From assembly GCA_030704615.1 (NCBI GenBank), contig CM060731.1, forward strand, positions 67,642,001 to 67,706,000: a stretch of 64,000 nt of DNA, given 5' to 3'. A program made the translations under genes and the position numbers. The stretch is from Takakia lepidozioides. Lineage: Eukaryota; Plantae; Bryophyta. Below, in pieces: positions 22,814 through 35,301 of this stretch (positions are counted from its first letter, which is position 1; each line of letters starts with the position of its first letter). The notes under the pieces were generated by a model. That model was not told where the DNA came from. It did not search any database and saw only the letters and a program-made list of their open reading frames with translations.

Positions 22814-25080
22814 ATGGAGGTGCCACCAGTTGCTGAGGAGAGTGCCGGTACGAGCACCAGCGATACTAGTGGGTATACAAGACAAGGTGTGCGGTTTAAG
22901 CCACCTTCACCTTCAGTGTCTTTTGAGGAAGGTTCAGACTCAGAGTTAGGAGGATTCTCGCCAAGGGTGCAAGCCATTTTCATGCCATTGTTGTGGGATA
23001 CGATGGAGGAAATGTATGGAGCTACCAAGGGGCCACGTCGGTACTCTGGAGCTGTGGGCACCATTGAGCTTGATGGGATCTTGGACAAGGAGTTGAGGAG
23101 AAGGGTGCGGGATGCAACTCTCCTACAAGTGGACCAACCCACCTTAGCAGATGTGTTTTTGCTGGCAGAGCGGATAGAGCTCAATATGGTGGAGGAGCGA
23201 GTGGTCATGGTGGGGTTTGGTCAGGAGACACAATGAAATGGGGCTCCTAGCCAACAACAACCACTACCCCAACGTGCTCAAGGCAACAAGGGGGCTCAGG
23301 CGAAGCCCAGGGAAGGGCCGAGAGGATCTCAATTGCAGAGGTCACTTCCTTCATTCTTAGGCCAACAACAGTCGGGTGTGACATGTTGGGATTGTGGAGG
23401 ACCCTATGTTAAGAGAGATTGCCCGGAAAGAGGCAAAGGGTCGGCACCGGCACAGCCTACACAACTACAATGTGAGCATTGTGGCAAGTATGGGCATGAA
23501 GAGGCCCATTGTTATGCATCCTGAGCTACGGCCAGGCCAGTTCCAAGGGAACAATGGTGGCCGAGGACGAGGCAATGTAGTCCAGAGAGGAGGTAGAGGT
23601 TGGGGTGGAGGACGTAACCAAAACCAAGGAGCACAGGGTCAGGGTCAAGGTCATGACCAAGGCATGATGGATAGACTTGCCCAGCTAGAGCAACGTCTTG
23701 CTGCCACGGCCACTACTCATGTTGTGTCAGCTCCAAGGCTTGAGGTTCAAGCCCCACCTGCACAACCTCATATGCCTAGGGAAGACCAGATTGGTATTGG
23801 CTTCATGTGTGGAGCCGCACTTGCAGGACCATTGCATGTGGACTATGCAGCTGCTGTCACTCGAACAGCAACGCGTGCTCCTGAGCCAAGAGGAGCGGAT
23901 GTGGATTTTGATCCACAAAGAGGGGAAGCAAGTCGGCAGACAAGGCTTCCACAGTCTTTCACATTGGCTGAGACAATGCCAACTATGCCATCTTGGCACC
24001 CCCTCGCCCAAGTGTGTCAGAAGTAGAGCCACGAGTGTCATTGGGGAGAGTTGGTATGGCTCGGGAAATGCCAGTGGGTGGTGCTGCAAAGCAAAGTGCA
24101 GCCAATACATTGTTGGGGGCGGCTACGGCAATTTGTCAAGCTCCAATGTTTTCTGCCATGACAATTGCAATGTCGGGGATGCGGCCAGCCGCAGTGTTTA
24201 GACTGGCAGCTAGACTCTGTGAGAATGGTGATGCATCGGCACTATCTGCGGGAATAGCGGATCAGTGCATGGATGCCCTGGATTCAAGGGTGAAGACAAC
24301 CACAGCTGCGCCATGGCAAGGAGCAGCTGCAAGGTTGCAAGAGTTGCGAGCTAGACCAGCCGTTGAGCGTAGTATAGTGACTCTTGGGGTAGTCCTGGTG
24401 AACAATCAGGATGGTGTGTTTCAGTTGGGTGGCCTGGCCGGGAGGAGGTATAGGTCACTGCGGGTCTTGTTGGACTCGGGAGCACAGCCATTGATGTTCG
24501 GGAGAGCAGCAATTGCAGGCTTGGGTCTTACATAGGCGGATTTGGAGCCTTGCCCTTTCCAAATTTAAACAAATTTGGGCGGTTCAGAGAAGGCACGAGG
24601 GATTACACGCCATGAGCTCTTCATTCGATTGCAGCCAGATCATCCTATAGATGGCTCTGTCATGAGAGCTAAAGCCATTGTTACGGACGCGATGTCTTAT
24701 GATGTGCTTGTTGGTGGGGCTGTGTTATACCCGATGGGCTATACGTTGGACTTTTGGGAGGAAACGGCATTCTACAGGCCAGAATGGCAGTCAGGGGATG
24801 GTCGACGTGCACTGCTCCCAGTGCGGTTTATTGGGAATGTAGCGGTGGATCATAGGAACATGATGCCCACATTGGCTACATTCTCAGGGGTGGTGGCTTG
24901 GGGTGGTGAGCTCTTGGAGGGCAATAGCCATGCAGATGATAGGCCACCACCTGATGAGGACAAACAATTGGCATACAAGGCTGATTTGCTTCCTCATGTA
25001 TCTGTTCATATTCCACTGTGGGGTACAGTTAGGAATTTGCATCGAGTAGCATGCGAGTATGTGCACCAAGCATGGCAGGG
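22814..25080 (+). pseudogene. gag (two CCHC-type knuckles) and aspartic protease of the outer element
   Basis: CWDCGGPYVKRDC, CEHCGKYGHEEAHC, RGG-rich tract, VLLDSGAQP and YDVLVGG motifs; stops and deletions. Confidence 0.85.
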
Positions 25081-25700
25081 CATGATGCACGATCGCATTT
25101 GTTTTGGGAGATGTTGAGAGTATTGCGTGACTTGCAGACGAGGTAAGTGCAACCTCTAGCCTATATCTTGGAGAATGTTCCTCTTATGGGGGACTCTCGG
25201 GCCAAGGTTATGGCCAGTGTGCATCAGGTGCGGTCTTGGATTGGATCGGCGGTGCTATTGGATGCAGCAGCGGTGGGATCACGAGCGCATTGACCTCGAT
25301 TGTGGTGGACCAATCTTGCACCACCAGAGCTGCTCAAGAGAGCATACGATTCCATTCAACGGCCACCGAATCTCACAGTTGAGGGCATTTTGGACCAAGG
25401 GAGGCAACCACAGAGGGTGCGACATGATGACCGTCCACCTCTAGTGGGGCAACCACGTGCGGCCTTGCCTACGCTCATGAGTTTTCCCTCGTCTCATGCT
25501 TTTCGAGACAATGGTCCTCGGTTGATTTGGGACAGTGTGCTACAGCAATTGGTGGAGCCCAATGCAGATGAATGAGAGCAGGCAATGGGATTTGCCACGG
25601 GCACTACAACTATGCCATCTCTGTCAGAGGCATCACGCCGACATGTGTTGGGTCAAGCAATTGATCTAAATTGCTTGACATAGGTCATTGGTTTGTGCAT
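25081..25700 (+). pseudogene. DNMT3-like C5-cytosine methyltransferase domain (motifs V-X) inside the retroelement pol
   Basis: Frame +1 read through stops: HDARSHLFWEMLRVL..AYILENVP..LLDAAAVGSRAH*PRLWWTNL..EPNADE*EQAMGFATGTT..SEASRRHVLGQAIDLN. Confidence 0.88.
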
Positions 25701-25954
25701 GGCTAAACAACGGAGGTTGCAGACAGTGGTGGCTACTTCTGCACTCCCATTTGGTATTGTATCCCCTCTGCCAACCGGGACGGTTGAGGCAGCGAGTGGG
25801 GCGAGCACATGATCATGGGGTGCAAACACCCATGGCAGATGTGGGATGAGATGCGGAAAAAAAGAGTCATTGGATCTCTCAAGCAGCAATATGAGGAGTA
25901 GGAAGAGCCATACATTGAGGATCAGTTGGAGGCCAAGGTAACCAATGTTTTTTA

Positions 25955-27915
25955 AGAGAGTTCGTAGTGGCATATGCTAGCCGCTCAAACAATGATGCCG
26001 AGACGAAGTATAGTTCCTATGAAGGGGAGTGTCTAGCTGCGGTATGGGCAGTGGCACATTTCAGATGCTACCTCTATGGCACCATTGTCACGGATCACCA
26101 ACCATTGAAGTGGTTGATGGAGTAAGACAAGCTTACAAGGAAGCTTGTACGGTGGGCACTTATGCTTCAAGAATACGACTTTCAGGTGGTGCATCGAGCC
26201 GGTATTGTCAATCGGGATACAGATGGATTGAGTCGTAATCCATGCACAAGCGAGCTTGATGATACTGGAGCTCGGTGGCATGGTGAGACGGATGAGGAGA
26301 TGGTGCCAGGATGGCATGCATCTGCCTTTTTGTGCATCCTAGCAATGGGAGCTCAAGCTGGTCCATCCCATAGCATTGGTCATGTAGATGGTGTGCATGA
26401 CAATCCGGAGATCAGTGAGGAGCTTGGTGGTGCTAAGGATGTGCATGAAGATGCAGCAGTGTTGGCCTACCTTCGTACTAGAGAGACAGCAGCCAGTGTA
26501 ACTGCTAAGGAGAGAGATTAGATCCTACAACAAGCCAAGAGGTTCAAGTGGGAGGGGACTCACCTACTCTGAGTATGGGAGGATGGACGAGTGAGGATTG
26601 TGCCTCATCCAACACAACGAGGCGATTGGTACGCCATGCCCATGAGAAGTTGGGACATTTTGGGGTGCGGCGCACTCATAGTTTGCTGCAAGGACAGTAC
26701 TGGTGGCAGGGCATGCACACGGATGTGCAACAGTTAGTGGCAAGGTGCATGGTGTGTGATAGAGTGCGAGCTTCTTTCAATGCACCTACTCCACAATTGC
26801 ATCATTTACCCATTATGGGTTTGGGCTATCGTTGGCGTCTTGACTTCGCAGGCCCATTGCCACTAACGATTCGCCATAACAAGTATGTGCTGGTGATGGT
26901 GGAACATTTCTCTAAGTGGATTGAAGTGGTGGCATTGCCTGACAAAGCAAGTGAGGGAGCTGCGTATGCATTCTTAGATCGAGTGCTTAGCCGATTTGGT
27001 GCTCCAGCCGAGGTACTCACGGACCAGGGAAGAAAGTTCTTTGGGGAGTTTCAGGCTTTGTGTGAGCAAGCCTTGATAGATCACCGCACTACTTCTCGGG
27101 ATCATCCCGAGGCTGATGGCCTGGCAGAGAGGGTTGTACAAACAATCAAGTGAGGCTTGCGCAAGTATGGCTTGCAGAAGGGACACTTAGGAGATTGGGA
27201 CCTTCAGCTACCTTGGTTGGCCATGGGCTACAGGTTTAGCAAACAAACATCACTTGCCTCGTTCTCACCTTATTTCCTTATCTTTGGCCGAGAGCCAGAT
27301 TTGCCTGCATCTATTCGCAGGGAGACTGCAGTAGTTCTCAACCTTGATGATCCGGATATGTGGACACAAACATGTGCCCAGCGGGCAGAGTTGTTCAAGA
27401 GATTGCCTATGGCTTTTGAGAACCTTGCTATTGCCCAACACCGAGACACATTGAGGTACGCCACTATACGTGGAGGGGGATATCGGCCAAGTGTTCGGCG
27501 TTTCCACCTTGGGGACTATGTGTATCTGCATCAGACAACGCCTACGACTTTGGATGTCATAGCAGGGCGTGTGATTCTAAGGGTCCGGGAGGTGTTGCCT
27601 TCAAGAGTGTTGATTCTGGAGGGTCGAGATGGCATGGTATGGAAGGACCATGTACGCAATTGTGCGCCATGTCACCTTCCACATGTGGATGGGAGGATAG
27701 ATCCCAACCTTGCAGTGGTACCTGCAGGGTTGCGTTGCATGCTATGTGGGCATGCTAGTGGTGCCGCGACCATGTTGGTGTGTGACAAATGCTCAAGGGG
27801 GTGGCACATAGGATGCTTGACACCGCCACTTGAGAAGGTTCCTAGTGTGAATGGTTGTGTCCATGATGCCTTGGACATAGGTAGTGGGCATGACAATGGT
27901 GGAATTGACAAGTGA
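25955..27915 (+). pseudogene. RNase H (C-terminal half), integrase and PHD finger of the outer element
   Basis: VAYASRSNNDAETKYSSYEGECLAAVW, TDHQPLKW, HEKLGHFG..CMVC, LDFAGP..LTDQG..DGLAERVV, CMLC..CDKCSRGWHIGCLTPPL..WLCP*C. Confidence 0.9.
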
Positions 27916-28139
27916 TCCAAGGTCTAGCTGATGGGAGCTCAACGCCATGGATACTTAATTGAAGATCATGGATTGCAGGAAGGCGAGTAACGATGGGGCT
28001 ACTTTTGCACCCGGCCTCTTGATCTATTGACTTTAGATACTGGGACATGTGCGATTGAAGACCAAGCGATGATTTTATTGAGATGGATACTTGTCAGCTA
28101 TCCGGTGTTAGAGGGACCTAATCATCTGCTATAGGGGCG

Positions 28140-28226
28140 ATTGTGGCATAGCTTTCTAGGATTGTATGCTTAGAATGTATGGTGGATAGCGATGTATGTT
28201 GTGGCACGATGCTTAGGTGCACGACA
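28140..28226 (+). repeat. Block B1 (copy B2 at 35215-35301 is the right terminus)
   Basis: 87-bp direct repeat with 4 mismatches, ending GCACGACA; followed by GT and then A2. Confidence 0.9.
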
Positions 28227-28575
28227 GTTGTCATGGTTTTAATCATGGTTAACTAGAATTACCTACTTCTAGTTAACTAGGACATTTTGGATATTTATAT
28301 TTGTATTTTGTGTGTTGGGACTTCATTTGGTCTCACATGCCAAGTGAGGTGTCAAACCTCACTTGGGACATGGGGATGGTTTTCCCCTTGTGAGTGTTGA
28401 GGAGGGCTCATCTTCTTGTAGTTGAGCCTCCATAAGCCTCTCCCACCTCCATAGCTCTAGGTTTTGAGAGGGAGTGTGGTGAGGGCTTTGTAGGGTGGAT
28501 TCCCTTAGCAAAGGTGCCCTTGGCTTGACTTAGTTTATGTGATTGAGTGGATTCATGAGTGGAGTGTTTCCATTG

Positions 28576-31500
28576 TGTCGCGCACCTCACTTCGGTAAGC
28601 TCCCCTTCAAGTCATAGTTACTCGCTTTGATGCGCGCGCCTGACTCCCAACCTGGCCGCCCGGGCCAACTTGGAGCTTCGGCTGCTCACCGGGACATAAC
28701 GGTCCCCCCCTTTGCTTCCCTCTAAACCCTCCACCTAATTGAGACTAGGCGAATTCCCTTTGGTAGATGGCAGTCCGGAACAGCTCCCCACTCTTTGTCG
28801 CTTTCCGGCTCGCTCGCTTACTCACTAGTTTTTGGTCACCAACGGGCTTGCACGTTCTCTCGGGGTTACTACTCCCTATATATACTTTTGTAGCTGTCCG
28901 CGGGGGTTCCACAACCAGCCATGCCATTTTATGGCGAACCACCACGAAAACCCTCGACTCCCGGTGATGAGTCGCGGTGAGTCTTGGCCCGCTCACCACG
29001 GCCCCTCTGGACCGTGATGAGTCCCAAAACTCCCCACGACTCCCACCACGAGGTCTCCGCCCCCATGGTGAGTCCTATGCCACCCCCACTAAGTCCCGCT
29101 AAGCTACCACCACCCCTTGTGGAGCCACCCCCACCGCAACCCGGTGTGCGGGGCTTCCACCTAGTGAGCGCCTCCGCTTCCCTGAGTGCCTTGGCACTCA
29201 AGGGTGCTTCAGCCCCCCATACCTATCGCGTCCGCTGCCCCCACCACAGGGGCAGCCCCTCATGTGTCCCGACCCCCTGCCTCAAGGCAAAGGGCCGCGA
29301 CACACACCCCTACCACAGGGAGTCGATGTCCTCATCAACTTGTCCATTTTGTAGAAACGAACATCCCAAATGTGGCGTCCCACATCAGGAGTTTGTTTCC
29401 GCACCATGGCGTCCCATGGCAAAGAACCAAACCCCACACTTGACTCTACTCTCCACTAGCTAGTTCGGCCGACTTCCTCCAAGTCCCGGCCAAGGGTGGA
29501 GCCTCTCCAGCTCCTCCCAGTGCACTCTTCTTGGCCTACTTCAAGGCCAAGGAACGATCCCCCCGAGGATCGAATCGCCTTACTGCAACAACATTGCTTG
29601 CGATCGCTCATGATGCCGCTTTTGGCATCACCTTGAGCAAGGGTTCACCTGGACCCTCTTTGACTAGGAAGATAACCTTGCCAACCGTGCGCCCCAATCA
29701 CTAACTTGGGTCCGCCTTGGAATTCTGGCCCTGGGTACGGGAACACGCCGAAGCCGCACTACGACTTCGTCCCGAGGCTACACGATTACAGTACGTGAAC
29801 GGAAGCACGTAGCTTTCCATCCGCGTTATCCCGCACTACAAGGCAACCCCTCGGTAGCGCAGTTATAGTACGCCACGCGCCAGGTGCGCACTAGCACGTG
29901 AACTCCCAAGAAGTCGCAAGTTTCCTTTGCCCCTTGGATGGGGGTCACCCATTCGGCACTACGCAAACACCCACGATTAACCCAATTTACCTCTCCCATT
30001 TTTTATAAGCTAGCATGCATTCTACACACTAGCCACCATACCATGCATCACCATTCCAAACAAAATAGGCCGCACAACATTTGGAAACCCATTTCCTTTA
30101 TAACAAATTTTTGTACAATACAAGTTTTTTGTAATCGGATTCCTAAGCTAGCTAAGCCGGGCTAAGCATTCTTTTCCTCCCCACGCTCAAGGTTTGATGT
30201 CCCCATCAACGTTTCCTTTCTCGCTTTTGAGGTCGCCCTTCGAAGCTGCAACCGCCTCGGATGCGTTTCCCATTTCTGAGGCACGCACCCAAGATGCCTC
30301 CACATGATGATAAGCCTTCTATTTGACGAGATACTTCGTTTCTCGGTTTCTGAACCTCCTCGACTTAAGTATTGCCTCCACCCTCGTACTCAGGTTCATG
30401 TTCATGATCCAACAGCATAGGTGGCGGACGCAACACTTGATGTCGATTCGTACGCGCTTCATCTTTGAAGTAAGGCTTCAAAAGGGAGACCTGGAATACT
30501 GGGTGCACCTTGCTGTTTGCCGGCAGCTCCACTTATTCATACACATCCTCATTCATAACCTTTCGAATGCGAAAGGGTCCCCGCATACGGAGGTACGAAC
30601 TTCGGACTCACTTCGGAGGTAGTCGGAAATTCTTGAGTTCTAACCAGACCTCTGTGCCTGCCTCAAACTTCACTTCCCCTATCCGCTTTTTTTTTCCGAT
30701 TCACCCTGCCGTTCCATAACCTTTTTCCTAGCTACCGTTTCCTAGCTTTGGCATGTTGTACTTTGCGAGCTTCAACAAACGCTCGCGTTCTTCAGTCCCG
30801 CCGCTACTGCCGGTTCCCTCAACGTCCTGGGCGGCCCAACTTTGTCGCACCAGAGGTGCTTTTCCATAGACCAATACGAAAGGGAAACTCCTGTTGCGGA
30901 GTGTTCTGTGTTATTATAACAGAACTCTGCCGCGTCTAAGTGTTCCATCCAGTCTGATTGGTATGCCGACACGTAATTCCGCAAGAATTGCTTCACTACG
31001 GAATTCACTCTTTCCGTTTGGCCGTCCGTCGTAGGTCGGAAGGCGGTGCTCATCTTCAGCCTCGTCCCCATCTTCTTCCAAAGTGTCCTCCAAAATTTAC
31101 TCGTAACTTTGGATCACGATCCGAGACAATATCCTTCGGGACTCCATGATGCTTTAAGACGTGGGCGAAGTAAAGTCGCCCTGTCTCCTGCGCCGTTTGC
31201 CGTCTCCTTGGTGGGGATGAAATGGCCCTTTTACTGAACCTATCTCACCACCACCATGATTGCATCGAATCCTTTTGACACAGCGGCATAGCTGTCATGA
31301 AATCCATCGAGACCTTTCCCAAGTCCCCTCTGGAATCGGCAAGGTTGTAACAGCCCCGCTTGCTTTTTGTGTACTCTCTCCGGTTTTGTTGGCATGTGGT
31401 GCATGTCTTGACATACTCCCTCTCCTCCTCCTCCCTCAGTTTGGGCCAGAAATACTCTTTCTTCAAGAGTGCCGCAGTGCGCTTGGCTCCGCCGTGGCCC

Positions 31501-34500
31501 CAAGCGGGCTATCATGGCATTCTCTCAAGAGGCTATCCCTGATCCCTCCCTTCGGCACGTAGAGACGTTTTTTGCTTATACCGGAGCAGTCCATTTTGCA
31601 AGTGGAACTGCGATTTAACCCCCGTCCTCAAGTCCTGCATCACGGATTTTGCCATCTCATCCTTCCGGCAAGCCTTCCGGATCTTCCTTTGGAGCGTCGT
31701 CTCGCCCTTGTACACCAACAAGAGCTGCTGCTTTCTACTTAAAGCATCGGCCACCACATTGTCCCGTCCCAGTTTGTACTGGATATCCGCGTCGAACACT
31801 GCCAAAGTATCTTGCCACCTAAGTTGTTTTGGGGACAACTTGGGCTGCGTGGCAAAATACTTCACCGTGACATTGTCCGTGAACACCTTCACTGGTTGGA
31901 ACCAACATAGTGGCGCAGAGCTCAAGGCAATGCACCACCGCCTTCATCTCTTTTTCGTGCGTCGGCCATCGTCGCTCCACTTCATCAGTTTCTTACTTTC
32001 GTAAGCCACCGGACGTCCATCTTGCATAAGTAAACACCCCAATCGCGAAGTCCGATGCATCTGTATGAATCTCAAACGGACGATCGAACCCCGGGATTTT
32101 CAAGACTGGAGCTTTCGTCATCCGCTGCTTCAATTCAGCAAAAGCTGGCCACAAAATGTGTTCCATACCCAGACTTTGGATTTACACAGAAGGTCCGACA
32201 GCGGCCCCGCGATCTTGGCGAAATTTTCTCACATACTTTCGGTAATAGGAGGCGAGTCCTAGGAAGGATCGCACTCCCGGGACCGAAGTCGGAGGCTCCC
32301 AGTCCAAGATCGCCCTCCACCTTTCTGTCATCCATTTTGATCCCATCCTGTGTAATCACGTGCCCCAGGAACTTCACTTTTGTGACCCCGAATTCGCACT
32401 TTGAAGCTTTGGCATACAGCTTCCCTTCCCGTAATTTTTGGAACACCCTTTTGAGGTGCTCCAGGTGCTCCTCCTTTGTTTTCGAGTACACCAAGATGTC
32501 GTCGATGTACACGATCACAAGTCATCCACCACTCCTGGAAAGGCTGTTCATCACGTGCTAAATGTCGCTGGTGCATTGGTGAGCCCAAAGAGTCATCACC
32601 AAGAACTCATATGAACCATACCTTGTCCTGCACGCGGTCTTCTCCTCATCTCCTTCCGCCACCCGAATTTGGTGATAGCCGGAACGCAAGTCGATCCGGC
32701 TAAAATACTTCGCTCCTGCCACCGATCGAAGAGGTCGTCGATCCTTGGCAAAGGGTACGGTTTTTTTATAGTCACCTTATTCAGAGCCCTGTAATCGACA
32801 CACATCCGCAGCGTCCCATCCTTCTTGTCTGCAAATAGCACCGGGGCTCCGTAAGGTGACTTACTCGGCCGATGTACCCCCTTTGACATTAGATCCTTGA
32901 GCTGAGTCTTTAGCTCGACCAACTCTCTGTGGCTCAACCGGTAGGGCGCCTTGGCAGGCGGTTCCGATCCCGGTATCACCTCAATCTTGTGGTCAACTCC
33001 TCTTCGCGGTGGCAAGCCGCTTGTTAAATCCTCCGGCATCACATCCTGGTATTTCTCCAAAATCCCCTTGATCCAATCTGGGCTCTCGCTCCCCATCGCC
33101 TTCTCCTTTCACTTCTCTAATGTAAAGCAAAAACTGGGGCCGTGTGCCTCCTCCACGGCCCACTCCTTTGCTGACAGAAGGTTTATTCGCCCTCCCACGG
33201 ATTGGGCGTTTCTGACACTCGTAAAATCTCGCCACCATTCCCACATGGCAGCGTGACTACTCTCTTGCGGCCATCTATGACCGCTCCGGATTTGCTCAAA
33301 AGGTCATCCCCAAAATGAGATCCACTCCATCGATCTCGCAGATGGTGAAGTTCTCACGTCCCTCCCAACTCCCCAGTTGAAGGGGAACATCAATCGCCAA
33401 CCTTGTCGCCAACTGTGGTTCTCCTTTGGCAGAACGTACCTCAATAGAGGCCCCCACGTCACTTGTCGGGAGTCCCAGCTTTTGTGCCGTTGCCGGTGTC
33501 ATGAAGGAGTGCGACGCTCCTGTGTCCACCAACAACGACACCTTAGTTCCGGATATTATCCCATCCACGAACAATAACTGACTCCCTTTTCGTAAGGCGC
33601 CAGTTTCCTGATACAACTCACAAGAAAAATTGCCTACCTTGCAAGTCCTGGCGACCACCGCTTCCACCAAGCGACTGATGGTATCTTCCGACAGCTCCGT
33701 GGTCGCCCGAGTCATGTTCAATTGCCGGGGCTTCGTGCACTTCTTGGCCATGTCAACAGCACATTGAAAGCCTGGACATACCCCCGAATGTCATCTGTTT
33801 GCTTCAAATTCCTCATCTTGTCCCGGGCAAGCCAGGACGCGTTGAGGGGCACAAACTGTCTCTTCATCAATTTCTTGAACCCACTCCAGTTCAAGGTTTC
33901 CGGACTTGGACCTCGGTCGTGAAGGCGTTTCTGCCACCATTGTTGAGCATAGCCCCTCAAATAGATGGGAGCCACTTCCACCCGATCCTCGTCACTCAAC
34001 TTGGCCGCCCGGAAGTACTGCTCTAGCTCCAGGAGCCAGGTGTTGAGTGCCTTCCGATTTTGGACGCCCTCGAAGGTGCCGGGTTCCTTAGGCTTCACCT
34101 TAAACTTTGCCTTAGTGGAAGTGGCATTAGCCGCCTTCAACACGTCTTTTAACGTCCCGCCAAACTGCGCCAACAACCCTTCCCAAAAGGCAGCCGGCAT
34201 GGGAGGCATCTCTTGGTTTGTCGGAGCTCTCAAGGATCCTCGGGCTCCGACTCCTCGGATTCCTCCCGCTCTTGAGCGGTCTCGTTTTCGGAAACATGCA
34301 TCGCTTCCTCAAACGGCCGCCTCGGTGACACGTCGCTCCCATCGGGCTCACCGAGATCATCATCTTTTGGGCCATTCCGCTTTCGCTTCGGCTTGCCTGA
34401 CCCCATGATGAGGCCAATCCCAAGGACGATCGCGTACTGAACTCTAAGCTCTGATACCAAGTGTCGCACACCTCACTTCGGTAAGCTCCCCTTCAAGTCA

Positions 34501-35190
34501 TAATTACTCGCTTTGATGCGCGCGCCTGACTCCCAACCTGGCCGCCCGAGCCAACTTGGAGCTTCGGCTGCTCACCGGGACATAACGGTCCCCCCCCTTC
34601 GCTTCCCTCTAAACCCTCCACCTAATTGAGACTAGGAGAATTCCCTTTGGTAGATGGCAGTCCGGAACAGCTCCCCACTCTTTGGTCGCTTTCCGGATCG
34701 CTCGCTTACTCACTAGTTTTTGGTCACCAACGGGCTTGCACCGTTCTCGGGGTTACTACTCCCTATATATACTTTTGTAGCTGTCCGCGGGGGTTCCACA
34801 ACCAGCCATGCCATTTTATGGCGAACCACCACGAAAACCCTCGACTCCCGGTGATGAGTCGCGGTGAGTCTTGGCCCGCTCACCACGGCCCCTATGGACC
34901 GTGATGAGTCCCAAAACTCCCCACGACTCCCACCACGAGGTCTCCGCCCCATGGTGAGTCCTATGCCACCCCCACTAAGTCCCGCTAAGCTACCACCACC
35001 CCTTGTGGAGCCACCCCCACCGCAACCCGGTGTGCGGGGCTTCCACCTAGTGAGCGCCTCCGCTTCCCTGAGTGCCTTGGGCACTCAAGGGTGCTTCAGC
35101 CCCCCATACCTATCGCTGCCGCTGCCCCCACCACAGGGGCAGCCCCTCATGTGTCCCGACCCCCTGCCCTCAAGGCAAAGGGCCGCGACA
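28576..35190 (-). mobile_element. Chromovirus Ty3/Gypsy LTR retrotransposon, copy 2 (same family as 9002-15808)
   Basis: LTRs 28576-29302 and 34462-35190, TSD CATTG, iMet PBS, chromodomain (YEVEAILKS..YLVK..GY..EASW) at about 30170-30400; gag deletion; many frameshifts. Confidence 0.93.
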
Positions 35191-35301
35191 CATTGTGTGT
35201 TCACTTCCATTATCATTGTGGCATAGCTTTCTAGGATTGTGTGCTTAGAATGTATGGTGGACAACGATGTATGTTGCGGCACGATGCTTAGGTGCACGAC
35301 A

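Larger units (their letters stand above)
671..35301 (+). mobile_element. Ty3/Gypsy-related retroelement with DNMT and PHD domains and split direct repeats (about 8.7 kb without nested inserts); non-autonomous copy
   Basis: Ends TGTCA...CGACA; 4-bp TSD CCTT (667-670 / 35302-35305); gag-PR-DNMT-RNaseH-INT-PHD remnants at 22814-27915; terminal blocks repeated at 28140-28484. Confidence 0.85.

Noticed and set aside
671-35301. DIRS/Ngaro tyrosine-recombinase element
   Set aside because: No recombinase seen; a DDE integrase, TG..CA ends and a TSD are present, and the methyltransferase motifs are C5-type rather than adenine-type
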